A stretch of 64,000 bases of DNA from a virus (IMGVR_UViG_2917791510_000001:34816-98815), one strand, 5' to 3'; shown: positions 19,850-29,819, counted from the stretch's first letter. Made by a program: numbers and translations. The notes: generated from the sequence alone by a model not told the origin.

Positions 19850-21664
19850 GTGCCGTGGTACGACGTGTTCCGGGGCCGTGCGACTGGCGAGCCCGCCCCG
19901 CTGCCGGTCCCGCCCGCCGATGCCCTGACCGCCGCTGCCGCGCCGCCGCGCAGCCCGGAGACGCAGTTCCTGCGCCACTCCGAGCGGTGGCAGAACGAGG
20001 TGTGGGCCTTCCACGACACCCTCGGAGAGTTCAACTTCGGCATCGGCTGGCAGGCCAACATGTTGTCCAGGATCCGGCTGCGCGCCGCCCGGCTCCAGGC
20101 GGACCAGGACGAACCGGAGATCGCCACCAGCGGCCCGGCTGCCGACCTGATGATGCGCCTGTCAGGAGGTGTCGGCGGTCAGGCGCAGCTCATGCGGCGC
20201 CTGTCGGTGCAGCTCTCCCTTCCCGGCGAGGGCTACCTGATCGGCGAGACCACCGGGAAGCTGGAGCAGTGGCAGGTCAGGTCCGTGGACGAGGTCCGCG
20301 TGCAGTCCGGCGTCTACCAGGTGATGGACGAGAACACGGTGACAACGGGCCAGGAGTGGCGCGACCTCGCCGACGACCACCACATCGTCCGGGTGTGGCG
20401 CCCTCATGACCGCTACTACCACCTCGCCGACTCGCCGGCCCGGTCCGCCCGGGAGGTCATGCGCGAGCTGGAACTGATCAACCGGAAGATCACGGCCGAG
20501 TACTTGAGCCGCCTGGCGTCCGCCGGTGTCCTCGCCATCCCGGACGAGATCAGTTTCCCGGTGCGGGAGGAGTTCGCCGACGAGCCCAATCCGCTGATGG
20601 CCGAGTGGGTGGAGATCGCCGCCACGGCCATCAAGAACCCGGGCACCGCGTCCGCCGTCATCCCCATTCCGCTGACCGGTCCGGCCGATGTCATCGACAA
20701 GATCAAGCACATCGACTTCACGTTGAAGATCGATGAGAAGACCATCGAGCGGCGGGACTCGGCGATCCGTCGCCTGGCCATGAAGCTGGACATCCCCAGC
20801 GAAATCCTTCTCGGCATGGGCAAGTCGAACCACTGGAGCGCATGGGCGATCGATGAAGGCGCGCTGAAGGCCCACATCGCGCCGCTGGCGGAACTGATCT
20901 GTGACTCCCTCACGCGTGGCTACCTTCAGCCCCGGCTCGAGGCGTCCGGCGAGGACCCTGCACAGTGGGTCGTCTGGTACGACATGAGTGAGCTGGCCCT
21001 GAAGCCAGACCGGTCCGGGAATGCCACGCTTGCTTACGACCGGCAGGAGCTGTCCGGGTCCGCATACCGGCGGGAACTGGGCTTCGATGAGGACGACGCC
21101 CCGCAGCCGGCCGACATCGAGGACATCGGGCTCAAGCTGCTGCTGCGCACCGTGCCGAACGCGGCACCGTCGGCCCTGGACAAGCTGGCCGGACACAAAG
21201 TGCTCGAGGTGGACGCCGGCTCCACGGCCGCGACGGGCGGGGGCGCGAGCCCTCCCGGCGAGGAACCTCCGCCGACGGCGGAGCAGACGGGGCCGCCGAA
21301 GCAGAACAGTCAGCCCCCGCCGACGGAGAAGACCCCGCCCGGCCAGGCGGCTGCCGAGGCGCGGGCGCAGCGGCTGGTGCAGCAGGCCCGGACGCAGCAC
21401 ATGCTCCGGGTCGGCGCGGCCGGCCGGTGGGATCTGCTCCACCCGGGGTTGTGCGGGGAGCACGAGTACTCGTGTCCGTTCACGCATGCGGTCGCCACGG
21501 CGGCGCCGTCGGTGCGGCCCGGGTCGTCCGGCACGTACCTGTGCCACCTGGACGCCTTCGGCCGCCTGGTCCTCGACGGCCGCAGTCCGTACGCCGACAC
21601 CACCTCCATGATCTCCACGTCCCTGGTGCCGAGGGCGGTGAACGGCCATGCCCCAGCCCACTGA
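19850..21664 (+). CDS. Portal protein
   Basis: Size, position, and RVWRPH...ADSP and NHWSAW motifs of actinophage portals. Confidence 0.8.
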   Translation: MPWYDVFRGRATGEPAPLPVPPADALTAAAAPPRSPETQFLRHSERWQNEVWAFHDTLGEFNFGIGWQANMLSRIRLRAARLQADQDEPEIATSGPAADLMMRLSGGVGGQAQLMRRLSVQLSLPGEGYLIGETTGKLEQWQVRSVDEVRVQSGVYQVMDENTVTTGQEWRDLADDHHIVRVWRPHDRYYHLADSPARSAREVMRELELINRKITAEYLSRLASAGVLAIPDEISFPVREEFADEPNPLMAEWVEIAATAIKNPGTASAVIPIPLTGPADVIDKIKHIDFTLKIDEKTIERRDSAIRRLAMKLDIPSEILLGMGKSNHWSAWAIDEGALKAHIAPLAELICDSLTRGYLQPRLEASGEDPAQWVVWYDMSELALKPDRSGNATLAYDRQELSGSAYRRELGFDEDDAPQPADIEDIGLKLLLRTVPNAAPSALDKLAGHKVLEVDAGSTAATGGGASPPGEEPPPTAEQTGPPKQNSQPPPTEKTPPGQAAAEARAQRLVQQARTQHMLRVGAAGRWDLLHPGLCGEHEYSCPFTHAVATAAPSVRPGSSGTYLCHLDAFGRLVLDGRSPYADTTSMISTSLVPRAVNGHAPAH

Positions 21665-24600
21665 GCACCGGTGCGGCCTGACGGCGGCCGGGGACGACCA
21701 CACCTCCGGCGGGATGATCGCGCTGATGCCGATGGCCGAGGACGCTGCGCGCCTCGCCATCGACGGCGGGGAGCCGCCCGAGGAGCTGCACCTGACGCTC
21801 CAGTACCTCGGGGACGACGGCTCGCTGTTCACCCCGGAGGAGCGCACCGGGCTACTGGACGAACTACGGATGCTCAGCCAGGATCTGCCGCCGGTCGTGT
21901 CGAAAATTTTCGGCATTGCCCACTGGAACGGTGACGGCGACTCCCCGGCGTGGGTGTGGTCCGTCGGCGACAGCCCGGACGGCATCGCACTGGACGCCGT
22001 GCACGAGATGGCCGAGGAGGCAGTGTGGGCCACGGCGCTGGACGTCCCGGACCAGCACTGCCCCTGGGCAGCCCGTATATGCGCTGCGTACACCGACGAT
22101 CTGTCCCTGGCCCCGGAGCTGGAACAGCGCCTCGGCCCGGTGACGTTCGACCGGATCCGCGTCTCCTTCGGCGACGAGGACCACGACATACCCCTGACCG
22201 GTGACCCGGTCACCGCGTCCGCCGCGTGGATGCCCCGCCGGGATCTGACCCCACTGGAAGTCGCGTCCCGGGCCGACTTCGCCTCCGTGCACCACCAGTG
22301 GGAGGCGGCGACGACCCGGGCCCTCGGCGCCCTGGCCTCGGTGACGGCCGCCTGGCGGCTGGACCTGCGCCAGCAGATCACCCAACGGCTCGCGGCCGAC
22401 GACCCCGGCGCCCTGCCTGATCTGACGCTGAACACGGGCGACGCGGCCGGCGTCCTGCTCAGCCTCATGGAGGAGTACGCGGTTCAGGCCGGGCGGGCCT
22501 GCCAGCGTGAGGCCGAGGCACAAGGCGTCACCGTCCCCGACTGGCACATCCCCGACGACGACGGTGAGGACGGGCCCCTGGTGGCGGCCGGCGGCCGGCG
22601 GCTGCTGCGCTCCATCGCCGACTTCACGTCCGACCTGATCGCCGGGTCCATGCTCCAGGCGGCCAAGCGGACCCTGTCCGGCTGGCTTCGCTCCAAGGCC
22701 ACCCCGGAAGCGGTGGCCGGTGAGGTGGACCGCGCGCTCGCGGACGACAAGCCCGGCATGCGCGGGGCGGCCGGGTCGGCGATGACGGCCGCGCAGAACG
22801 CAGGCCGGCTCGCGGTGTTCACGGCCGCCCCGGCGGCGAACACCTACGCAGCCTCGGAGGTCAACGACAACCGGACCTGTCGGGCCTGCAAGCAAATCGA
22901 CGGCACCGAGTTCGCCAGCCTCGGCGAGGCCATGGATGCGTACCCGGTGATGGGTTACGCGAATTGCTCCGGCGCCGCGCACGGCAATGCGTGCCGGGGA
23001 TTCCTGATCGCTCTCTGGCAGGAAGTGCGGGACCCGTCCGTGACGGCGGGTGCCGGAACTCAACTGGCCGCGTCAGGCGCGGCGAAAGGAGACACCATCG
23101 TGACGACCGCGACCGACGCGCAGACCGAGGGTCTGGCAGACAAGCAGTGCCCGCCGGGCATGGAGCCCGACCAGGACGGCAAGTGCGTCAAGGTGCAGGC
23201 AGCCGGCGACGCCGAGGCCCTGGCCAAGGGTGAGCCGAACCCGGGCACGAAGAAGGACAAGCGGCTGAAGGAGAACCGGCAGTCGGCCGCCGGACAGCCC
23301 GACTGCCCGCCCGGGATGAAGCCGGACCCCGACGGGGACGGCTGCGTACCCACCGGGCAGTCAGCCGCCGTGAAGTGCCCTCCCGGCTGGGAGCCGGACA
23401 GCAAGGGCGACGGCTGTGTCCCGTCCAAGAAGTCCGCCGGCGACGCCGAAACCCTGGCGCACGGCGCGGCGGCCGAAGCGCAGGCCGTGGAGGGCAAGCC
23501 GCTGGACGCGATGGACGGCGGGCAGACCGCGCCGTGGCGGGGGCCGCTGACCGTGGAGGGCATCGAGACCGGTGACGGCCGCGAGTTCAAGCCCGAGGCC
23601 CTGACGTGGGCGGACCTGCCGCTGCCGCTGCGCTGGAACAAGGAGGACTCGCACGGCGGGGAGCCGCACACCGTGGCGGTCAACGTCGGCCGGATCGACA
23701 ACATCTGGCGTGAGGACGGCGGCCTGGTCATGGGCGAGGGCGTCCTGGACCTCTCCGACGAGGACGGTCAGCGGGTCCACGACAAGATCAAGAACCAGAT
23801 GCTGCGCGGTGTGTCCGTGGACGTCGACTCCATCAAGGACGCCGACATGGAGCTGGTCTGGCCGAGCGACCCGGACGCCGACGGCGAGGGCAGCCCGTTC
23901 GACATGCTCTTCGCGTCCCCGGAGAAGGTCGTCTTCAACAAGGGCCGGATCAGGGCGGCCACCCTCGTGGACATCCCGGCTTTCGCCGAGGCGTACATCG
24001 CGCTGCTCGGCGAGGACGGCGCGGTCGTCGCCGGCGGCGAGCCCATCGGGGCGATGCGCGAGGTCCGCGTCCTGCGCGCCGCCGCCCTGACCGTGGACGC
24101 GCCGGTGCGTCCGCCGGCCGCGTGGTTCACCGACCCGCACCTGTCCGTGCCGACCGGCATCACCGTGACCCCGGAGGGCCGGGTGTACGGGCACGCCGCG
24201 CTGTGGGGCACCTGCCACATCGGCCAGGCCGGTGTGTGCGTGACGCCGCCTCAAGAGGAGAGCCACCCGTACTTCATGACGGGCAACGTCTGGTGCGAGG
24301 ACCAGTCCTCCGTCCAGGTCGGCCAGATCACGGTGGGCACCGGGCACGCGCCGCTGTCCTACGGCTACCGGGCCGCGTCCGACCACTACGACAACACCGG
24401 CGCGGCGGTCGCCGACGTCGCGGTGGGCAACGACGGCCACGGCATCTGGGTGGCCGGCTCGATCCGGCCCGGGACGGACGAGTCCCGCATCAGGGAGCTG
24501 CGCGCCGCAGGTCAGGTGTCCGGTGACTGGCGCCGTATCGGCGGATCGCTGCGGCTGGTGGGCCTGCTCGCCGTGAACGTCCCCGGCTTCCCGGTGCCGA

Positions 24601-24755
24601 AGCTGCGCACCCACCTGGCGTCCAACCAGCAGCTCGCCCTCGTCGCGGCCGGTATCCCGCAGCTCCACGAGGCCGTCAGCGAGACGGAGCTGGACCAGTG
24701 GGCCTACCGCCGCGTCCTTCAGACCCTGTCCCGCAAAGTCCACGGAGAGGAGTGA
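21648..24755 (+). CDS. Head maturation fusion protein: 2H phosphoesterase + MuF-like + Cys-rich linker + capsid maturation protease
   Basis: LHLTLQYLG; DNRTCRAC...CRG; ETGDGR, VGRID, GVSVD, ATLVDIPAF; lies between portal and capsid. Confidence 0.75.
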   Translation: MPQPTEHRCGLTAAGDDHTSGGMIALMPMAEDAARLAIDGGEPPEELHLTLQYLGDDGSLFTPEERTGLLDELRMLSQDLPPVVSKIFGIAHWNGDGDSPAWVWSVGDSPDGIALDAVHEMAEEAVWATALDVPDQHCPWAARICAAYTDDLSLAPELEQRLGPVTFDRIRVSFGDEDHDIPLTGDPVTASAAWMPRRDLTPLEVASRADFASVHHQWEAATTRALGALASVTAAWRLDLRQQITQRLAADDPGALPDLTLNTGDAAGVLLSLMEEYAVQAGRACQREAEAQGVTVPDWHIPDDDGEDGPLVAAGGRRLLRSIADFTSDLIAGSMLQAAKRTLSGWLRSKATPEAVAGEVDRALADDKPGMRGAAGSAMTAAQNAGRLAVFTAAPAANTYAASEVNDNRTCRACKQIDGTEFASLGEAMDAYPVMGYANCSGAAHGNACRGFLIALWQEVRDPSVTAGAGTQLAASGAAKGDTIVTTATDAQTEGLADKQCPPGMEPDQDGKCVKVQAAGDAEALAKGEPNPGTKKDKRLKENRQSAAGQPDCPPGMKPDPDGDGCVPTGQSAAVKCPPGWEPDSKGDGCVPSKKSAGDAETLAHGAAAEAQAVEGKPLDAMDGGQTAPWRGPLTVEGIETGDGREFKPEALTWADLPLPLRWNKEDSHGGEPHTVAVNVGRIDNIWREDGGLVMGEGVLDLSDEDGQRVHDKIKNQMLRGVSVDVDSIKDADMELVWPSDPDADGEGSPFDMLFASPEKVVFNKGRIRAATLVDIPAFAEAYIALLGEDGAVVAGGEPIGAMREVRVLRAAALTVDAPVRPPAAWFTDPHLSVPTGITVTPEGRVYGHAALWGTCHIGQAGVCVTPPQEESHPYFMTGNVWCEDQSSVQVGQITVGTGHAPLSYGYRAASDHYDNTGAAVADVAVGNDGHGIWVAGSIRPGTDESRIRELRAAGQVSGDWRRIGGSLRLVGLLAVNVPGFPVPKLRTHLASNQQLALVAAGIPQLHEAVSETELDQWAYRRVLQTLSRKVHGEE

Positions 24756-24760
24756 TCCCT

Positions 24761-24832
24761 ATGTGCGGATGTAACCAGCCCCCGCCCCCGCCGCCTCCGC
24801 CCCCGGCGCCGATCGGCGGGGAGCAGGGCTGA
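24761..24832 (+). CDS. 23-aa peptide MCGCNQPPPPPPPPPAPIGGEQG
   Basis: GAGGAG RBS; MCGC start typical of small genes preceding actinophage capsid genes. Confidence 0.5.
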   Translation: MCGCNQPPPPPPPPPAPIGGEQG

Positions 24833-24942
24833 GCAGCACAGACGGCCGAATCGTCCGGAGTCCTTGTGGCTTTTGGCGATTCGGCCGTTTGTATGTACCG
24901 TGCGCGCCGACTTGATCTCGGCCGCTTCCCACGGAGGTTTCA

Positions 24943-26736
24943 GTGCCGGAGCCGGAGCTTTTTACCGCACCTGACGACCTCTCCCTGGTGGGCGAGGCCG
25001 AGCTGCGTGAGCTGGAGACGAGTGCGGTCGCGGAGTTCGACCGCATCTCGGGACTCCAGCACATCACCCCCGACCACATCACCTACTCCCAGCGCCTGAC
25101 CCGCGACCTGGACCGGCTGCGCGCCGAGCTGCGCGTACGTGCCGTCCGTGCCGAAGAGCAGGCCGCCACCGCGCAGCAGGAGGCGACCCGCCAGATGGCC
25201 CTCCTGCGCCAGTCCGTCCACGCCGGCGAAGGCGAGGGCGGCGACGGTGCCGGCGGCGAGGCTGCTGTCCCGGCCGTCACCGCAGGCGGGCGCCTCGACA
25301 TGGCCGCGCTGACCGAGGCCATGGCCCGGGGCATGGTCACCGCGCTGTACGGCGAGGACGCCCCGGAGCCGGTGCGCCGCCGCGTCGCCTCCCTGTCGCA
25401 GGTCCGCGAGCGGGCCCCGCAGGCCAAGGTTCCGGACGCGACGATGGCCGTGACGGCATCCGTCGACATCCCCGGCGTCGCGGCCGGGCAGTCCATGCCG
25501 ACGCTGGAGGCCCTCGGCGAGGCATTCCGTGCCAAGGCGAAGGCCATCCCCACCACGCAGTACGGCGAGCGGGGCGCCCCGCGTCACCTGGTCGCGAGCG
25601 TCCGCAACCAGTTCGATCACACCGTGGACGACAGGACGTCGGCGAGCACCATCGAGGAACTGTGGCACTCGATGACGCAGGAGGGCGGCAAGGCTGAAGC
25701 CCTGCTCGCCGGTGGTGGCTGGTGCGCTCCGTCGCAGATCAGCTACGAGTTCTTCAACATCGCTGACGCCCCCTCCGGGCTCATCGACCTGCCGACCGTC
25801 GGCGTCAGCCGTGGCGGCATCCGCTACCCGGTCAGCCCCGCCATCGGTGACGTGTTCTTCCAGGCGGGCGGGTCCAACCCGGCCACCGGTATGGGCGGCT
25901 TCGCGGCCACCTTCTCCAACGCGTCCGACCCGTGGCTGTGGACCGAGACGGACGACATCCTCACCGTCACCGGATCCGTCAACAAGCCGACCCTGCGCGT
26001 GCCGTGCCCCACGTTCAACGAAACCCGGCTCGAGGCCTACGGCATCTCGCTGACGGCGGGCAACCTGACGGACGACGCGTACCCGGAGGCGACGCAGAAC
26101 TTCATCCGCCTGCTGCGCGCCGCGTACGCCCACACCATCAACGCCCGGAAGATCAGCCTCATGGTGGCGGCGTCCACGTCCGCGATCACGTTCGGCGCGG
26201 GCACGTCCCCGGCCACACAGACGCTGCTGAGCGGTGTGGAGCTGGCCGCGATCGACTACCGGGCCAAGTTCGGCATGCGCGAGGACGCGGTCCTCGAAGT
26301 CGTCCTGCCGGTATGGGTGCTCGCCGTCATCCGGGCCGACCTCGCATGGCGGACCAACGTGGAGCGCGAGTCGGTGTCGAACGCGCAGATCATGTCGTGG
26401 TTCACCGACCGGGCCGTGCGTCCTCAGTTCGTCTCCGACTGGCAGGTGCGCGGTGCGGGCCAGTTCGGCAACGTCGGATCGAACAAGACGTCCTGGCCCA
26501 CCTCGGCGGACTTCCTCATGTACGCGGCCGGCACGTTCCTGCACGGCAACGGCCTCCAGCTCGACCTCGGCGTGATCCGCGACAGCGTCCTGAACGCGGA
26601 GAACGACTACACGGCGCTCTGGGCCGAGGAAGCGCACCTGATCGCCAAGGTCGGCCACGAGTCCCGCCGCTACACCGTCACCTTCGCGGTCGACGGCGCC
26701 GGTACCGCCGGTATCGCTGCCGCCGCGCAGATCTGA
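24943..26736 (+). CDS. Major capsid (hexamer) protein with N-terminal scaffold region
   Basis: Coiled-coil N-terminus; GGWCAPS, LIDLP, RGGI and DSVLNAENDY motifs. Confidence 0.85.
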   Translation: MPEPELFTAPDDLSLVGEAELRELETSAVAEFDRISGLQHITPDHITYSQRLTRDLDRLRAELRVRAVRAEEQAATAQQEATRQMALLRQSVHAGEGEGGDGAGGEAAVPAVTAGGRLDMAALTEAMARGMVTALYGEDAPEPVRRRVASLSQVRERAPQAKVPDATMAVTASVDIPGVAAGQSMPTLEALGEAFRAKAKAIPTTQYGERGAPRHLVASVRNQFDHTVDDRTSASTIEELWHSMTQEGGKAEALLAGGGWCAPSQISYEFFNIADAPSGLIDLPTVGVSRGGIRYPVSPAIGDVFFQAGGSNPATGMGGFAATFSNASDPWLWTETDDILTVTGSVNKPTLRVPCPTFNETRLEAYGISLTAGNLTDDAYPEATQNFIRLLRAAYAHTINARKISLMVAASTSAITFGAGTSPATQTLLSGVELAAIDYRAKFGMREDAVLEVVLPVWVLAVIRADLAWRTNVERESVSNAQIMSWFTDRAVRPQFVSDWQVRGAGQFGNVGSNKTSWPTSADFLMYAAGTFLHGNGLQLDLGVIRDSVLNAENDYTALWAEEAHLIAKVGHESRRYTVTFAVDGAGTAGIAAAAQI

Positions 26737-26772
26737 TCCGTGACCGCACCGGCCGTGAAGGGAGCGTGACTC

Positions 26773-27675
26773 GTGGCAGGAATCCGGGACATAGTCGACG
26801 GCCCCGCCTTCGTCGCGCTCCCCAACGCACTGTGGGACGTCGCCCAGCATCCCGTGCCGGGCGGCCCGCACTGGCAGCAGGGCGTCACCTGGGAGGAATG
26901 GTGCGGCGGCGGCGGCACCCTCATGGACGAGTGCCTCGCCGTCACCGGCACCGGGGGCGCTCCCGCCCCGCAGACGTCGATGACGGGTGGCGTCACTCAG
27001 ACCAACCGGGGAGCGACCGCGTTCACGGTGTTCGCCGAGTTCGACTGCTCGGCCGTCGGCCAGGATCTGGAGCGCAACCAGGCCGAGGAGGCGCTGCTGC
27101 GCACGGAGGCCTGGCAGGTGTCCCGGGCGTTCTGGACCGGCCAGGCGGGCACCACGGCGGGCGGGGCGGCCACCACGGTCTGGCCCCACCTGGCGGCGAA
27201 CGCCGTGCTGAACGACCCGCAGGGCATCAAGCTCCAGACGGCCGCCAGCCCGATGGTCACCGGCGGGGACGACACGGCCGTGGTCCTCGGCGCGCTGGAA
27301 TCGCAGCTCGCCGCCTGCTACGGGGGTGTGGGTGTCATCCACGTCCCCTACGCCGCGCTCCCGTCGTTCGCTTCGCGGATGCTGGTCAAGCAGGGCGATG
27401 ACGGACTGCTGCGCACCACGGCGGGAAACGTCGTGGTCGCCGGGCAGGGGTACACCGGGTCCGGGCCCGACGGCTCGGCACCCGCCGCCGGCACGTCGTG
27501 GATCTACGCCACCGGCGCGCTGTTCGCGTACCGGAGCGACGTGTTCGTGAGGGACTTCCCCGGCACGCTCGACAGGACCAAGAACACCATCCGCAAAATC
27601 GCCAGCCGTACGTACTTGGTTGGTTTTGAATGTTGTCATCTCGCGGCACTCCTGAACCTGGGGGTGCCGACATGA
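26773..27675 (+). CDS. Second capsid (pentamer-like) protein
   Basis: Follows the major capsid gene; HWQQGVTW...FTVFAEFDCS; similarity to actinophage pentamer proteins is inferred. Confidence 0.65.
   Translation: MAGIRDIVDGPAFVALPNALWDVAQHPVPGGPHWQQGVTWEEWCGGGGTLMDECLAVTGTGGAPAPQTSMTGGVTQTNRGATAFTVFAEFDCSAVGQDLERNQAEEALLRTEAWQVSRAFWTGQAGTTAGGAATTVWPHLAANAVLNDPQGIKLQTAASPMVTGGDDTAVVLGALESQLAACYGGVGVIHVPYAALPSFASRMLVKQGDDGLLRTTAGNVVVAGQGYTGSGPDGSAPAAGTSWIYATGALFAYRSDVFVRDFPGTLDRTKNTIRKIASRTYLVGFECCHLAALLNLGVPT
27631..27675 (+). repeat. Synonymously recoded duplicate (copy 1) of the last 14 codons, CCHLAALLNLGVPT*
   Basis: Encodes the same peptide as 28284-28328. Confidence 0.9.
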
Positions 27676-27680
27676 CAGCC

Positions 27681-28256
27681 CTACGTGGAGCGCGTCCTCC
27701 GCTGGCCGCTGCGAATCTTGCTGACCGTGGTGGGGTGGCAACCCAGGCGCGCGGCAATGGCCTTGTTCGTCTCGGGGCTGCTCCGGATCTCTTGGACAAC
27801 CTCGTCCGGGATCCAGAATTGCGGAATTTGGGCTCCGTGTGCGGTCCGACCGTGCCGTTCTCGGTCTTCGGCATTCTCCTGCGCGGTCCCCGCCCGGATG
27901 TGAAGCGGGTTGACGCACGGCGGATTTCCACAGCTATGCCGTGTGTGGCCGCCCGGCGGGGGCAACTCGCGTCCGGTGAGGATCAGTACGGCCCGGCACA
28001 AGTACATCTTGTGCCCGTTGATCCTCACCGCGCCGTAACCGCCGTTCCCCGGATGGAACGGGTGCAGGACACACTCGTCAGTCGGGTGCTCGGCAAGGTG
28101 CTTGAGCGTTTCGCGCAGCCATTGCAGGACCGAGCCACGCCAAGGACCGCCCGCCAGGGGGTCCCCGTACTTGTGGTTCCGCGTGTAGTGCGGTTGGCAG
28201 AAGCCCTTGGCGTAGTACGCCCGGGTGCACCCGTTTATCGTGCAAGATCTCCCCAT
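27681..28256 (-). CDS. Free-standing HNH homing endonuclease
   Basis: CTINGC...FCQPHY; RHSCGNPPCVNPLH...GTAQEN; C-terminal HTH; TATAAT 7 nt before the ATG. Confidence 0.85.
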   Translation of the reverse strand: MGRSCTINGCTRAYYAKGFCQPHYTRNHKYGDPLAGGPWRGSVLQWLRETLKHLAEHPTDECVLHPFHPGNGGYGAVRINGHKMYLCRAVLILTGRELPPPGGHTRHSCGNPPCVNPLHIRAGTAQENAEDRERHGRTAHGAQIPQFWIPDEVVQEIRSSPETNKAIAARLGCHPTTVSKIRSGQRRTRST

Positions 28257-28283
28257 TCGCCCATTATAGCTAACGGCAAAGTG

Positions 28284-28328
28284 TGCTGTCACCTGGCAGC
28301 GCTGCTCAACCTCGGCGTTCCCACCTAA
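28284..28328 (+). repeat. Duplicate (copy 2) of CCHLAALLNLGVPT*
   Basis: Flanks the HNH gene on the other side. Confidence 0.9.
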
Positions 28329-28342
28329 GGGGTGAACAACTC

Positions 28343-29041
28343 GTGACTTCAACCGTGGCCTCTGCGGTAACCCCCATCAAGGGGACGCACTACCGCATCA
28401 TCAAACTCGACGCGTGCGGCAACCCGGTCACCGGAACCGGCAGCATGGTCGTGGTGTCCAAGGGCTTCGTCCAGGTGCAGATGGACGCGCAGTACGAGGA
28501 CGGCACTGAGTTCGTCGAGCGGACGGCGGACGGCACGCTGTGCGTCAACCAGAAGGACAACCCGGTCCTCAAGCGCATGCAGCTCCAGATCGACTTCTGC
28601 GAGATCAACAGCACCGGCGCCTCGTACCTCGCCTCCGCCCGTGAACTGACCGCCAACGCGGCAGGCATCACGGGTCTCGGCTTCGCCTTCTCCGAGGGCT
28701 CACCGACCAACCGGTACTCCCTCGAGGTCTGGCAGCGGGTGGCCGGCTCCGGAGCCTGCGACCCGACCGGCCTCCAGCGCTACATCTACAACGCGTGGCC
28801 CAACTGCGGCGCCACCAAGGTGGGCCAGTACACGATCCAGAACGGGCGGTCCACGTTCCAGATCACGTCCGAGACACAGGCGGCCTCCGCCGCCCCGACA
28901 ATCGGCTGGGGTGACGGCCCCGGATCGGGGGCGACCTGGCTGCCTACGGGCGAGGTAGTGCAGTCGCTGGACCACTGGCTGTGGGCCGTCACCACGACAC
29001 CGCCGCCGAACCCGTCGACCAACCCGACCACCCTGAGCTGA
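28343..29041 (+). CDS. Major tail protein
   Basis: Position; RIIKLDACG, YEDGTE...ADGTLC motifs. Confidence 0.7.
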   Translation: MTSTVASAVTPIKGTHYRIIKLDACGNPVTGTGSMVVVSKGFVQVQMDAQYEDGTEFVERTADGTLCVNQKDNPVLKRMQLQIDFCEINSTGASYLASARELTANAAGITGLGFAFSEGSPTNRYSLEVWQRVAGSGACDPTGLQRYIYNAWPNCGATKVGQYTIQNGRSTFQITSETQAASAAPTIGWGDGPGSGATWLPTGEVVQSLDHWLWAVTTTPPPNPSTNPTTLS

Positions 29042-29042
29042 C

Positions 29043-29336
29043 GTGATCCTGACGGGCGAGCAGCACTGGGTCTGCCCTAACTGTGACTTGCAGGAGCGGA
29101 CCCAGAATCAGGGCAACCGGTTCCACCCCTGTCCGGGGCTCGCCGGGCTGCTCGCTCCGATGGTCCTGGACGGGGTGCGCTGCCGGGTGCGTGCCGTGGT
29201 CCGCGAGGACTACGTGAACGGCGAGGACGTGCGCTTCGACGGTGAGGGGCGGCCGGTCATGGCGGTGACCGTCGAACGGGACGGCGGGCAGGACTGCGCG
29301 GTCTTCGCCCCGGCAGCGCGGGTGAGGAGGGGCTGA
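29043..29336 (+). CDS. Hypothetical protein
   Basis: ORF in the structural operon. Confidence 0.6.
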   Translation: MILTGEQHWVCPNCDLQERTQNQGNRFHPCPGLAGLLAPMVLDGVRCRVRAVVREDYVNGEDVRFDGEGRPVMAVTVERDGGQDCAVFAPAARVRRG

Positions 29337-29339
29337 GCG

Positions 29340-29819
29340 ATGGCATGGACGGACAGCCACGTGTTCCGCGAGTGGCCCTTGCAGACGATGCAGGTGTCCG
29401 GGACCGGCTACACCGGCCTGGACTCCGACACCGTCAAGGTCGCGCTGTTCGACAACACGGTCACTCCGGACAGGGACGCGGCGGTCGCCAACGCCGGGTA
29501 CAACAGCGGCACGTGGACCCTGGCGCGTGAGGTGAGCGGCGGCGCCAACTGGCCTGCGGGCGGCCTGCCACTGACCGGTAAGACGTTCACGTCCCCGGCC
29601 CCGGGCACCGCCATGTTCGACGCGGCCGACCTGCCTGCCAGTGGCACGCTCACCCTGACCAACGCGTACGGCTGCCTGGTCTACGACCACTCCATCACCG
29701 GCGGGACCGTAGCCGACCAGGGCGTGGCCTTCCTGTATTTCGGGGGCGCCCAGTCAGTTACCGCCGGAAATTTCTCGATAATTTTTAGCAGCAACGGGAT
29801 CGTGCGGTTCGCGGCGTGA
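29340..29819 (+). CDS. Virion structural protein
   Basis: DTVKVAL...EVSG...AGG...FDAAD pattern. Confidence 0.6.
   Translation: MAWTDSHVFREWPLQTMQVSGTGYTGLDSDTVKVALFDNTVTPDRDAAVANAGYNSGTWTLAREVSGGANWPAGGLPLTGKTFTSPAPGTAMFDAADLPASGTLTLTNAYGCLVYDHSITGGTVADQGVAFLYFGGAQSVTAGNFSIIFSSNGIVRFAA

Noticed and set aside
27630-28328. 232-aa + ORF ending in the duplicated capsid C-terminus (frameshift-extended capsid)
   Set aside because: An in-frame TGA lies immediately upstream (27627-27629), no slippery site follows, and the ORF is antisense to a clear HNH; probably a GC-rich shadow ORF
29765-29790. AT-rich patch resembling the parS-like palindrome
   Set aside because: Too many mismatches to the 18-bp consensus
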